64,000 nt of DNA from a bacterium BMS3Abin08 (GCA_002897935.1 BDTA01000015.1:17735-81734), one strand, 5' to 3'; shown: positions 18,775-28,742, counted from the stretch's first letter. Numbers and translations: made by a program. Notes: a model not told the origin generated them from the sequence alone.

Positions 18775-21005
18775 TGCACTCAGAACTCAAAAACTTTATT
18801 GAAAAGGAATTTAATAAAAGGAAAAAGCTTATCCTGGTATCAAACAGAGAGCCTTACGTCCATAAATTAAAATCGGGCGGGATCGTTGTGGAACATTCAG
18901 CCGGGGGGGTTACTACCGCCCTTGACGATGTTCTCAGGTTTACAGGCGGGATCTGGACGGCCTGGGGCAGCGGAAGCGCTGACAGACTGGTCGTTGGAGA
19001 GGATGATATAATAGAGGTTCCCCCTGACGATCCTTCTTATACACTGAAGAGGGTCTGGTTTACAAAAAGGGTCCTGGAGAATTACTATCATGGATTTTCA
19101 AACCGTGTACTCTGGCCCCTCTGCCATATATCCCTGGACAGGGTTTACTATAGGAGGAAATACTGGGAAGACTATATAAAGGCTAACTTCATATTTTCAA
19201 ATGCGATAAGTCCGCTGGTCGATAATAACTCCATCCTGTGGGTTCATGATTACCACCTCTGTATGCTTCCACGCATAATGCGGGAACGGTTCCCGTCACT
19301 CACAATTGCCCATTTCTGGCACATCCCCTGGCCTGACTGGGATGTCTTCAGGGCATGTCCACAATCACAAAACATCCTCGAAGGACTCCTGGGTAATGAT
19401 ATTATAGGCTTCCAGCTCCCGCTTTTTGTAAAAAATTTCCTCGACTGTGTTAAAGAGACACTGGATGCCGAGGTTGATTATGAAAACGGCACAATCCTGT
19501 ACAGGGATCAACATACCTTTTTAAGGGCCTTCCCGATAAGCATAGACTACAGCAAGTTCAATTCCTTAAGTTCAACCCCGACACTGGAGAAAACTATTTC
19601 AAAGCTCAAAAAAAGACTGAAGCTTCCCGAGCTTACGGGCATTGGTGTCGACAGGCTCGAGTATACCAAGGGCCTGATCAAGAGGCTTCAGGCCCTCGAC
19701 CTCTTTTTTGAGAAACATGAGAAATACCGCAACAGATTCACTTTTATCCAGATAGCAGTCTCAACACGCATGCAGGAACCCTATTTAAGCTACAGGAAGG
19801 CAGTGGAGGCCCTTATTTTAAAAATCCAGAGACGGTATGCGACGGATACGTGGACACCTATAATTTATATCGATAAAAAGATCGAACAGAAAAACCTTGT
19901 AGCCTATTACAGAATGGCTGATATTGCCATAATCAGTTCTCTCTATGACGGCATGAATCTTGTCGCAAAGGAGTATGTTGCCTCACAGGTCGAACTCAGG
20001 GGTGTACTTCTCCTCAGTGGTCTTGCGGGAGCGGCTGAAGAACTTGAAGGCGCCATCCGGGTTAATCCCTACGACGTCGAAAACTTCGCAGACAGTATCA
20101 ATATCGCACTGAAGATGCCCAGGGAGGAGAGGGAAACGAGGATGAAAACCCTCAGAAGACACGTATCGGATAACGATATCTACAAGTGGATTCTCGAAAT
20201 CTTCCGGACCCTTATATCAACTTCTGAAATAAAGGAAAACGGACGTTGTAACCTCTTTGATAAAATTGATTCCATAGTGAATTACATAAAGAACACCGAT
20301 ATCTTCCTCTTTATAGATTACGACGGCACACTCACACCTATAGTGGATCTGCCTGAAAATGCCCACATCCCGGAAGAGACCCGTACCCTCCTCGTGAAAC
20401 TCCATAAATACATTCCGGTTACCATAATAACCGGAAGAACCCTTGAGGACATAAGAAAGCGTGTGGATATCGAGGATATCATATATGCAGGGAATCATGG
20501 TGCGGAGATCTGGGACGGCAAAAAAGTGGTTCATACACAGCGTTCAGATCATAATCTGAATCTTATCAGGGAGATTCTTGATAACCTGAAGAAGAATCTC
20601 TCAGATATCAAAGGTGTCATTGTGGAAGACAAGGGCATTACTGCAAGTATCCACTACAGGAATGTATGGGACAAACATATAGGAGAGCTTTTCAGGAGGT
20701 TCTGGTTATCGGTTAAAGGCTATGAAGACCGTATCAGGATAACATCCGGGAAGAAGGTCTTCGAGATCAGGCCGATTCACGCCTGGAACAAGGGAGATGC
20801 CGTAAAATGGATACTCTCTAAATATGGAAAGAACAGGACACCTCTGTATATCGGTGATGATGTAACCGACGAGGATGCCTATGATGCTATCAGGGGAAAG
20901 GGAATCTCAATAAACGTCGGCCTGAACTCCAGGGCCGATTATTATCTTGATGACCAGTATAAGGTAATGGAACTTCTGAACCAAATCCTTTCTTCAAGGA
21001 GGTAA
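18774..21005 (+). CDS. otsAB: bifunctional trehalose-6-phosphate synthase / phosphatase (OtsA-OtsB fusion)
   Basis: 743 aa. N-terminal GT20 (LVSNREP, GFSNRVLWPLCH, DGMNLVAKEY). C-terminal HAD (FIDYDGTLTPI, GDDVTDEDA). Confidence 0.9.
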   Translation: MHSELKNFIEKEFNKRKKLILVSNREPYVHKLKSGGIVVEHSAGGVTTALDDVLRFTGGIWTAWGSGSADRLVVGEDDIIEVPPDDPSYTLKRVWFTKRVLENYYHGFSNRVLWPLCHISLDRVYYRRKYWEDYIKANFIFSNAISPLVDNNSILWVHDYHLCMLPRIMRERFPSLTIAHFWHIPWPDWDVFRACPQSQNILEGLLGNDIIGFQLPLFVKNFLDCVKETLDAEVDYENGTILYRDQHTFLRAFPISIDYSKFNSLSSTPTLEKTISKLKKRLKLPELTGIGVDRLEYTKGLIKRLQALDLFFEKHEKYRNRFTFIQIAVSTRMQEPYLSYRKAVEALILKIQRRYATDTWTPIIYIDKKIEQKNLVAYYRMADIAIISSLYDGMNLVAKEYVASQVELRGVLLLSGLAGAAEELEGAIRVNPYDVENFADSINIALKMPREERETRMKTLRRHVSDNDIYKWILEIFRTLISTSEIKENGRCNLFDKIDSIVNYIKNTDIFLFIDYDGTLTPIVDLPENAHIPEETRTLLVKLHKYIPVTIITGRTLEDIRKRVDIEDIIYAGNHGAEIWDGKKVVHTQRSDHNLNLIREILDNLKKNLSDIKGVIVEDKGITASIHYRNVWDKHIGELFRRFWLSVKGYEDRIRITSGKKVFEIRPIHAWNKGDAVKWILSKYGKNRTPLYIGDDVTDEDAYDAIRGKGISINVGLNSRADYYLDDQYKVMELLNQILSSRR

Positions 21006-21006
21006 C

Positions 21007-21843
21007 ATGATCCGTTTTTTTGAGAATGATCCATACTCACCAATCCAGTATGTTTATGACGTGGACAAAATCCTCTATAAAGGCAGAAGTGAGTACCAGG
21101 AGATCATGGTGATCGAAAACTCTTACTTCGGAAGAATCCTTATACTGGACGGTGTCGTTCAGCTAACCGAGAAGGACGAGTTCTTCTACCACGAAATGCT
21201 CGTTCATGTTGCAATGCACTCCCATCCGGATCCGCGGAAGATTGCGGTCATCGGGGGTGGTGACGGGGGCGCCGTAAGGGAAATCGTAAAGCACGACACG
21301 GTCGAAAAGGTCTTTTTCGTCGAAATAGACCGTGAGGTTATCAATACGTCAAAGAAATACTTCCCCACCGTATCATCTGAAATCGACAACGCAAGGGTCG
21401 AGATTCATAACATGGACGGCGCCGAGTTTGTCAAAAACAGGAAAAATGAACTTGACCTCGTGATTGTGGATTCGACCGACATCATCGGTTTCGCAAAGAG
21501 CCTTTTTACAGTTGAGTTCTTCAGGTCCATCAGGGATTGTCTGACTGATCAGGGTATGTTTGTTACCCTTTCAGAATCCCTCCATTTCCATCGTGATATG
21601 GTGGTTGATGTGCAGGAAACAATGAGGCTTGTCTTCCCGGTTGTCGATCTGTACACAGCCCCGATTGCAACCTATGCCGGAAACTGGTGGACATTCTCTG
21701 CAGCATCCATGACCCTGCCCATCCGCGACAAAAGGAGGACAACCGTGGAGAACACACGTTTTTACAGTGAAGATCTTCACAGGCAGTCTTTCCTTCCCGA
21801 AGGACTGTATAAAAAACTGTTGCAAAAAGAACTGGACTGGTGA
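21007..21843 (+). CDS. speE: spermidine synthase (polyamine aminopropyltransferase)
   Basis: YQEIMVIEN, LDGVVQLTEKDEFFYHEML, IGGGDGGAVRE and DSTD motifs. Confidence 0.9.
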   Translation: MIRFFENDPYSPIQYVYDVDKILYKGRSEYQEIMVIENSYFGRILILDGVVQLTEKDEFFYHEMLVHVAMHSHPDPRKIAVIGGGDGGAVREIVKHDTVEKVFFVEIDREVINTSKKYFPTVSSEIDNARVEIHNMDGAEFVKNRKNELDLVIVDSTDIIGFAKSLFTVEFFRSIRDCLTDQGMFVTLSESLHFHRDMVVDVQETMRLVFPVVDLYTAPIATYAGNWWTFSAASMTLPIRDKRRTTVENTRFYSEDLHRQSFLPEGLYKKLLQKELDW

Positions 21844-21953
21844 AGCTCCCCGACCAAAGGTCGGGGCTTCCGAGTAAGGAATATTGATTTATTTATATAG
21901 CCAGCATTCATCCCCGATCAAAGATCGGGGCATTCAGCCGGCATCCTCGTAAA
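21840..21953. repeat. short (internally deleted) copy of the ~190-bp double-hairpin element
   Basis: GTGAAGCTCCCCGACCAAAGGTCGGGGCTTC ... GCCGGCATCCTCGTAAA. Shares both ends with 29404-29594 but lacks about 75 bp of the centre. It also supplies the speE stop codon. Confidence 0.7.
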
Positions 21954-22159
21954 GAGACCAAAAAGGTTCATACCCCGGTACTGTGAACTACCCCGCGGCA
22001 GAGACCGCAGGGCGTCTGAAAATTGTATCTTTATTTTCGGTGTCATTCCCGCTTGTCGGGAATCCTTCGACTTGTTAGGGACCACAACAAAAATTCCCCG
22101 AACGCTTTCGGGGAATGACAGAAATATGGAATTGCGGCAGAGACCGCAGGGTGTTATAT

Positions 22160-23698
22160 TTACAAAGAACCGGTTATCCTTATAAAGAAGGTATTGTTTG
22201 AATAATCAAATTCAGAAAAGTTGGAGTCTCTTCTCGAATAGAGATAGCCGAGGTCTGTCTTTAACCACTCCCTGAATTCATACTGGAGGGCAAGGGATGC
22301 AGAGTAGATGTCATCGTCCCTCTCCCTGGTCTCTCCTCCAAATGTCAACTCCCCGTGGTATTTATCATTATTGTATGAAAGTCCAATGGAACCGCTTATC
22401 TTTGCAGTAAACCTCTGCAGGTACCGGGCACGCAGCCCGTCCGAAAGAATATAATCCGCTGTTGAGATGTTGGTTTCGTTTGTCTTTCTCGTGGCAACAA
22501 GCTTAAGAGAGGTCTTCGGGGTGAACTTGTGATCAAGTTGAAGCTCGAAAAGGAACTCTCTGCCATCGTTCTCCCTGGTGAAATCCTTCATACCGTATCC
22601 GGCCTTGATCCTCCCCTTTGACTTGGCCGTAATGTCCCACTGGATGCCGGTAAAAAAGTGATCTTCCTTACTGTCGTCAATAACATTTTCATCATAATCA
22701 ATATCTACAAACTCATATTCAAGAAAGGCCGAAGTCTTCGGGAAAAACCTGTAAAAGAGATATACTGAAACCGCATTATCCGTTCTGTCCCTGAAGTTGT
22801 TCCTGGAATCAATGTAATTTACCATGTAATTCCTGTAATCCGTCCTGAGAATAAACCTGTCACTAATATCATAGGTCAGCATGATGCCCAGAAGATTTGT
22901 ATCAAATTTATCAGGTTCAAAGGATACACCCGTCCCCCGCATATCGTGGGATTTAATATACTGGTCAAACAGGTCCAGAGAGAGACCGCCCCTGAAATTA
23001 TACTGGAAGAGTCCGTCTATGCGGTGACTGACGGTATTTTGGGAAGAAAACCTCTTGAACTGCTCAATGTCGGCCCTGTAAAGAAGATATGTCTGGTATC
23101 TCCTGGAAAACCTCTCCTTGAATATACTCGTAGGGATACCACCGGGAGAGATACTCGTGGTGGCAATATCAAGAAGTTTCTGTTTGACCCTCGGCACTGA
23201 AATCCATATCCCGGGGGTTATAACGGCCAGGACATCGCTCTTTTTATTATCCTTTGTATTGAACACGTTATCAGTGTAATTTACAGACAGAGACAAAAAG
23301 GGATGAAAGTATCCCCCTTTTCTCCCGAAGATATCACCGGAAATCCCTTTATTGCCGATGGGAGGTTCTTCCTTATCTCCGTAATTACGAGCGGTTTCAG
23401 GCCCCTCACTCCCTGATGCTGTAAGAAAGGCATCCACATAACCCTCCCCTTCAAGCTTATCTCTGAGTTCCCTGGCCTCCCCGATATCCATTGAGGAGCC
23501 ACATACAACCCTGTAACGGCCTTCCTGTCCAATGGTGACACATTCTATGTCTTCGTCTGAAAGGCTGTTAATTACATCCCGGGCATTATGCTTTTGGAAG
23601 AAGTTGCCCACCTGCACGGCATAACCCTGGTCAGCCGCTGCATAATGATGACCCAATGCAATAAATAACAGACAAAATCCTGCAATAACAAACCTCAT
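22160..23698 (-). CDS. outer-membrane beta-barrel protein with N-terminal SPOR domain
   Basis: The start at MRFVIAGFCLLF (23698) gives a signal peptide. A SPOR-like segment (YAVQVGNFFQKHNARD...RYRVVCGS...EARELRDKL) follows. The long C-terminal region has alternating beta-strand pattern and ends in an aromatic-rich RITGSL. The track's longer start lies inside a repeat. Confidence 0.6.
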   Translation of the reverse strand: MRFVIAGFCLLFIALGHHYAAADQGYAVQVGNFFQKHNARDVINSLSDEDIECVTIGQEGRYRVVCGSSMDIGEARELRDKLEGEGYVDAFLTASGSEGPETARNYGDKEEPPIGNKGISGDIFGRKGGYFHPFLSLSVNYTDNVFNTKDNKKSDVLAVITPGIWISVPRVKQKLLDIATTSISPGGIPTSIFKERFSRRYQTYLLYRADIEQFKRFSSQNTVSHRIDGLFQYNFRGGLSLDLFDQYIKSHDMRGTGVSFEPDKFDTNLLGIMLTYDISDRFILRTDYRNYMVNYIDSRNNFRDRTDNAVSVYLFYRFFPKTSAFLEYEFVDIDYDENVIDDSKEDHFFTGIQWDITAKSKGRIKAGYGMKDFTRENDGREFLFELQLDHKFTPKTSLKLVATRKTNETNISTADYILSDGLRARYLQRFTAKISGSIGLSYNNDKYHGELTFGGETRERDDDIYSASLALQYEFREWLKTDLGYLYSRRDSNFSEFDYSNNTFFIRITGSL

Positions 23699-23716
23699 CT
23701 GGAGAATACCCCCTTT

Positions 23717-23909
23717 TTTACGAGGATGCCGGCTGAATGCCCAGATCTTTGATCGGGGATGAATGCCGGCTATCTGAATAAAATGCATAGCTCGCAGTTA
23801 GCGAGCGGATGTAAGTTGAATAGTTCATTATCCTTACATTTGCATGCTTGTATAAGCATGAAACATATTCCTTACCCGGAAGCCCCGGTCTTTGGTCGGG
23901 GAGCTTCAC
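23717..23909. repeat. ~190-bp double-hairpin element (reverse orientation)
   Basis: Its reverse complement aligns end to end with 29404-29594, differing by a handful of substitutions. Confidence 0.75.
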
Positions 23910-24350
23910 ATAGTTCATTTCAGGACAAAGAGATGCGGAAATTACAGTAAGCCTCTCTTTAGTATTTGTTGTATCGGCATCTCTGAGGTAGATACCCGAC
24001 AGGCCCGCCGGCAATAAACAAAAGCACCGGCTTTGTCATTCCGGGTCCTGTGCTGATTTCGTTTCAGCATTGTTCAGGCATCACATAGTTTTCAGTATAT
24101 TACATTCACCAAAGATACCGAAACAATATTCGAAAGCCTTCGGGGCATATGATTCAGAGCCTGTCGAATCTCGCAATCTGAAATATGAAGGGCTGTCAGT
24201 ATAACCGGGTATATAGCATTACAGTCATTCCGGACTTGGTTCAGGATCTGATAACACAAGGGGGCAAATACCCAAAGGCAAGTTCAGATCTGTTTTTGAA
24301 TTAACTTCAGGTGTGACATTTTGTAATTCGGGCAACAGGACCTTTTAAAG

Positions 24351-24827
24351 TCAGAAAGAGGAAGGGCTTAAAAAACCGCCACCGGTTTCCCCTCCTGGTA
24401 AACCAACAGAAATTGCTGCCGGCCCGGCGATTGGTGGTGGGGTATATCCTAATCCAGGAAGTGCTTCCCGTTTAAAAATACCTGCGAGCTTATCAGGACT
24501 GATGCCGGCATCTATAGCACAACGGGAGATCACTTCCGTAGTGGCTCCGGCATCGAGGGCGCCTTTAATAACCTGTTCGAGACTTCCACCCCCCTCTATT
24601 GCACATTTCACTACAAGACAAGCCGAATGGCCCATTGCTATAGCGGTCCTGGTCAATTCCTTTGTATTTGCACCGCTTTGCAAGGTATCTTTAACAGTAG
24701 TACAAATGTCCTTATTCTTTTTAAATTGAGCAGAAATCAGATCTTCCAACGAATCATCGGAATAGGCAAAAACAACGGGGAGAATTAGCGATATAATGCA
24801 TACCGATAATAAGATATTTCTTACCAT
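24351..24827 (-). CDS. secreted hypothetical protein with internal Ala/Gly-rich helical repeats
   Basis: Signal peptide. Repeated xCAI(E/D)(G/A)G units. Gly/Pro-rich tail ending SPSSF. No family recognised. Confidence 0.45.
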   Translation of the reverse strand: MVRNILLSVCIISLILPVVFAYSDDSLEDLISAQFKKNKDICTTVKDTLQSGANTKELTRTAIAMGHSACLVVKCAIEGGGSLEQVIKGALDAGATTEVISRCAIDAGISPDKLAGIFKREALPGLGYTPPPIAGPAAISVGLPGGETGGGFLSPSSF

Positions 24828-25113
24828 TGAGTTCCCTCCTTAAAGAGAAACTTATCATAAAATAGAAGCTTATCATAAAATCCGGGTTTTGTCAAGAATA
24901 AATTCGGAATAAATTCGGGTGTCCTTTATGAGGCAATAGGGAATTCATCCCCGGTGGTTCTTCAGACTTTTCTCAGCCTCAATGTCTGCTTTGTCGTGTA
25001 TTATTCTTCCACTGAACTTCCGGAAGAACAGTGATAAAAAGAGGAGAAATGTTAAAGTTTTCCTCAGACCGGACGATAAGTTATACATACAGTGGTTATC
25101 ATGAATATGCTTG

Positions 25114-26640
25114 ATGGTCGAGCATCGTTATATGGAAAATCTAAAAACTGAAGGGCTTAATCCAACGAGGCTACCCTCACCACCCGTCATTGCCGTCAGG
25201 GTCCTGGAGGCAGTGAAAAAGGACAGATCCTCCTTTGAAGAACTGTCGGAGATAATCGCATCCGATCCGGCCCTGACTGCCAAGATACTGAGTATCGTGA
25301 ACTCCTCGTTCTACGCCCTTACCTACAAGGTTGACAGCCTTGAGAAGGCCGTAAGTATACTCGGCGTGGACGCCCTGAAAAACATTGCACTCTCCTTCAT
25401 GATCGTTTCCCATATGATGAGCGATAACAACGAGTTGTTCGATTTTAACTTTTTCTGGAAGAGGTCCGTAACTGCAGCGGTTGCATCAGAGATTATCTCC
25501 AAACATATTGGAAAAAAAACCGATGACACATTTGTAACGGCCCTTCTTATGGATATCGGCATCATAGTGATGTTCCTGGTGGACCCCCTTAAATACCGGC
25601 AGGTTCTCGATAAAAAACGATTTACGGGCATGGATGTCGTTGGGGCCGAAAAGAAGGTGCTGGGTTGTGATCACCAGAAAATAGGATCCGAGGTGTTGGA
25701 AAAATGGGGCCTTCCCGAAAGTATATTCCTGCCGATTGCCTGTCACCACAACTCCGTGCCCTGTCCCGGGGAATTAAAGGATATTGTAAAAATACTCAGG
25801 ATCTCGGATATGGCCTCCTCCTTTTATCACTCCAACAAGGGTATTGAAAAACTGGATAAACTCCGTTCCTTTCTGAATGATGAATTCGGGCTCGAAGAAG
25901 GCTTTGCAAACTCGTATATAGACGCCGTAGCGGAAAAAACCGTTGAGATCCTCTCTTCCTACAACCTCGACCCGGGCAACTTCAAACCTTACTCTGAACT
26001 CCTGATGGAAGCCAATGAGGAACTCGGCAGGGTTAACCTCTCATACGAACAGCTTGTTATCAAGCTCAAGCAGGAAAAAAACAGGGCCGAAAAATTTGCA
26101 AGTGAACTCCAGACAGCAAACGAAAAACTGAGGGAACTGGCATTCAGGGACGGCCTGACCGGGCTCTATAACCACCGCTACTTCCAGGAACTCATGGAGC
26201 GGGAAATGGAAAGGGCAAGCCGGTACGGACACCCCCTGTCACTTATAATGATAGACATAGACCACTTCAAGAAGATCAATGATACATACGGACATCCACA
26301 GGGGGACATCGTCCTGAAAAAGATTGCAGCAGTAATATCATCGGCACTGCGTTCGTCGGATATAGCTGCAAGGTACGGCGGCGAGGAGTTTTCCATCGTA
26401 CTCCCGGAGACCGCACTTAAGGGGGCTGCGGTTTTAGCAGAAAGGATCAGGGTTGCTGTGGAAAAACTCAAAATCCCTCTCAACGGCAAACAGATAACCC
26501 AAACCGTCAGTCTCGGGGTAACCACCTATGACCCTGACAAAAAGAAAATCAAAAAGGGTATAATTATAGACGTAGTGGATAAGGCCCTGTACTTATCAAA
26601 GAAAAATGGAAGAAACAGGGTAAGCATCATTGTACTGTAA
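25114..26640 (+). CDS. HDOD domain-containing diguanylate cyclase
   Basis: N-terminal HDOD pattern (LPSPPVIAVRVLEA...DPALTAKILSIVNSSFY), a coiled coil, then a GGDEF domain with an intact GGEEF and an RSSD I-site 5 residues upstream. Confidence 0.85.
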   Translation: MVEHRYMENLKTEGLNPTRLPSPPVIAVRVLEAVKKDRSSFEELSEIIASDPALTAKILSIVNSSFYALTYKVDSLEKAVSILGVDALKNIALSFMIVSHMMSDNNELFDFNFFWKRSVTAAVASEIISKHIGKKTDDTFVTALLMDIGIIVMFLVDPLKYRQVLDKKRFTGMDVVGAEKKVLGCDHQKIGSEVLEKWGLPESIFLPIACHHNSVPCPGELKDIVKILRISDMASSFYHSNKGIEKLDKLRSFLNDEFGLEEGFANSYIDAVAEKTVEILSSYNLDPGNFKPYSELLMEANEELGRVNLSYEQLVIKLKQEKNRAEKFASELQTANEKLRELAFRDGLTGLYNHRYFQELMEREMERASRYGHPLSLIMIDIDHFKKINDTYGHPQGDIVLKKIAAVISSALRSSDIAARYGGEEFSIVLPETALKGAAVLAERIRVAVEKLKIPLNGKQITQTVSLGVTTYDPDKKKIKKGIIIDVVDKALYLSKKNGRNRVSIIVL

Positions 26641-26832
26641 CCCTGATATTTTCAGCATGTCAGGAAGGTCTCTTTTGCGGTCATTATGAGCGAAACCGGG
26701 CTCAAGAACCTCTATATTTTAAAGTCATCGGGTTACGAGTTTCTCTGTTGCCCCCTGCTCCCCGGAATGAGACATTCCGGCCGTTTTTGACGGCATCTCC
26801 GTACTAAAACGCAGACCCTTAGCAGGATTTAA

Positions 26833-27501
26833 GTGATACAAAGCAAGACCTTTGGAAGAAAATCAGGAAGAATGAGCGGATCTGAAAAGGAGATCCTCAG
26901 TAACGTCCTTCCTGCTGTCGCGATAAAAAGCGATACATTCTTTGACTTTCACGGAATATTCGGCAGAAGCGCACCCCTTTTCCTTGAAATAGGCTTTGGC
27001 AACGGAGAATTCCTCTATAACCTTGCCCTCCACAATCCGGAGGCTGACTTTGTCGGCATTGAGGTCTACATGTCAGGTGTGGCAAAGCTGCTCAGGAGAC
27101 TGACGGGTTATGAAAAATCCCACCCGCCTCACCCTCAATACATACGCTTAGTAAATGATGACGCAAATACCGTTCTAAAGAATAACTTCAGAGATGAATC
27201 CCTTGACGGTATTTACATTCTCTTTCCGGATCCATGGCCCAAAAAAAGACATCACAAGAGGAGACTTATAAGCAGTGAATCCGTAGGGGTCATGCACCGC
27301 TGTCTGAAAAAAAGGGGCTTCGTAGTTGTTGCAACTGATCACGATGACTATGCGGAGGTTATTAAAGAAACCTTCGCATCCGGAAGTTTCAGGCTCACTG
27401 ATACTGATCTACCGGAAGTCAGGAATACCAAATATGCCCAGAAGGCCCAACTTCAAGGGAAATCAATTCATATCTTCAGATTCGAGAAATCTCTTTCATA
27501 A
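26833..27501 (+). CDS. trmB: tRNA (guanine46-N7)-methyltransferase
   Basis: LEIGFGNGEF, GIEV and FPDPWPKKRHHKRR motifs. The start is either the GTG at 26833 or the ATG at 26872. Confidence 0.85.
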   Translation: MIQSKTFGRKSGRMSGSEKEILSNVLPAVAIKSDTFFDFHGIFGRSAPLFLEIGFGNGEFLYNLALHNPEADFVGIEVYMSGVAKLLRRLTGYEKSHPPHPQYIRLVNDDANTVLKNNFRDESLDGIYILFPDPWPKKRHHKRRLISSESVGVMHRCLKKRGFVVVATDHDDYAEVIKETFASGSFRLTDTDLPEVRNTKYAQKAQLQGKSIHIFRFEKSLS

Positions 27502-27722
27502 GGGTTCCCTTCAACAGCAGCCGTTTGCCCCAAACCCGCATAACTCCGCAAGGCATCTCCTTCCCCGATACTGTTAAATGGCATTAGCGCAGAGTGCAGA
27601 GCGTAGCGGGGGTGATTAAGATGTTGTATTCACCCCACTTCATTGAGCGACTTAAAACCTTTACAATGCACCTTGCCGAAAGCTCCAACCTTTGTTCGGG
27701 GATGAAGTCAAGGAATGTAATT

Positions 27723-27856
27723 AGTGTCTGTGTATAAACTGCAGTTATTTGTCATTCCCGCAAGCGAAGCGAGTCGGGAATCCTTCTTAAAGACAGATTC
27801 CGGACAAGCCGGAATGACAAAAAAACGACACCTGTTCGACTTTATACACGGACACT
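27723..27856. repeat. MITE-like element
   Basis: AGTGTCTGTGTATAAA ... TTTATACACGGACACT, with the ATTCCCG...CGGGAAT and ATTCCGGACAAGCCGGAAT hairpin modules. Confidence 0.75.
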
Positions 27857-27864
27857 AACCTTAA

Positions 27865-27998
27865 TTTTCTGTGTATAAACTGCCATTTTTTATTTTTGTC
27901 ATACCCGAAGTCTGTAGTCGGGTATCCGGAAGTTACTGAAAAGACTGGATTCCCGCCCAACAGACCACGGGAATGACGGCTCTATTGTTGACTTTATA
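27865..27998. repeat. MITE-like element (tandem to the previous one)
   Basis: TTTTCTGTGTATAAA ... TTTATACACAGGCTCT. The interior is near-identical to 11586-11729. Confidence 0.75.
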
Positions 27999-28065
27999 CA
28001 CAGGCTCTAATTAAACAAATTTTCCTTGCATTGGCAAGCCCCGACCTTTGGTAGGAGAGTTCTGC

Positions 28066-28108
28066 TTGACAATAATGATTCTAATCTTGTAAACTGTATT
28101 TAATTAGA
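28066..28108 (+). promoter_or_regulatory. sigma-70-type promoter with overlapping Fur/PerR-box-like inverted repeat
   Basis: TTGACA (28066-28071), 18 nt spacer, TAAACT (28090-28095). The spacer reads AATAATGATTCTAAT, which is Fur-box-like. TTCTAAT and ATTAGAA inverted arms flank the -10. Confidence 0.35.
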
Positions 28109-28122
28109 ACGCTTCTAAAGGA

Positions 28123-28548
28123 GTGTCTGTGGAGAGATACAGGGAAATAGGACTTAAACTCACACCGCAAAGGCTGGCCATCCTCAGGTTTCTGGACGGC
28201 AACAAGAGCCATCCCTCGGCTGAGGATATTTATAAAGAGGTTAGAAAGACCTTTCCCACAATGTCATTTGCAACGGTCTATAACACACTCGATGCGCTGA
28301 GGAAGCGGGGGGGGGTCCTTGAGCTGACCATCGACCCCGGGAGAAGAAGGTACGACCCCAATACCGAACATCACCATCATCTGATATGCCTAAGATGCAA
28401 GAGGATCGTGGATATCCACACAGATTACCATCTCGATGTCCCGGTTGAACAGAAAGGCTCATTCAGGGTGCTGAATAACCATATTGAGTTCTATGGACTC
28501 TGCGAAGAGTGTCAAAAAAAGGGAGGTGATATCGATGGCTGTTTTTAA
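28123..28548 (+). CDS. Fur-family transcriptional regulator, probable PerR
   Basis: LKLTPQRLAILRFL winged helix. HHHHLICLRCKRIVD plus CEEC structural Zn site. Heads a peroxide/oxygen-defence cluster. The GTG at 28129 is better spaced from the AAGGAG RBS than the track's start at 28123. Confidence 0.85.
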   Translation: MSVERYREIGLKLTPQRLAILRFLDGNKSHPSAEDIYKEVRKTFPTMSFATVYNTLDALRKRGGVLELTIDPGRRRYDPNTEHHHHLICLRCKRIVDIHTDYHLDVPVEQKGSFRVLNNHIEFYGLCEECQKKGGDIDGCF

Positions 28549-28642
28549 ATGCGACAAATGCGGAACCACAAAAGAGGGAAGGTGCAAACCAAGGAAGTGC
28601 CCGAACTGCGGTGAAGCCGGCACAATGCAGAAGCAGGGCTGA
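28535..28642 (+). CDS. 35-aa zinc-ribbon mini-protein (not in the ORF track)
   Basis: My translation: MAVFKCDKCGTTKEGRCKPRKCPNCGEAGTMQKQG. Two CxxC pairs. GGAGG lies 7 nt upstream. The start overlaps the Fur-family ORF end by 14 nt. Confidence 0.45.
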   Translation: MAVFKCDKCGTTKEGRCKPRKCPNCGEAGTMQKQG

Positions 28643-28742
28643 CATCAACATGCTGTTGAAAAAATCATAACCTGTGTGCTGTGTCATGCTGCAACAAGTT
28701 CGGAATAACGGTAAGGCCTTTTACTGTTAAGGCATCAGCCTG

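Noticed and set aside
23699-23788. Longer N-terminus (MHFIQIAGIHPRSKIWAFSRHPRKKGGILQ) for the outer-membrane protein, as given in the ORF track.
   Set aside because: The extension is encoded by the ~190-bp repeat element (23717-23909). The internal Met at 23698 is followed immediately by a canonical signal peptide.
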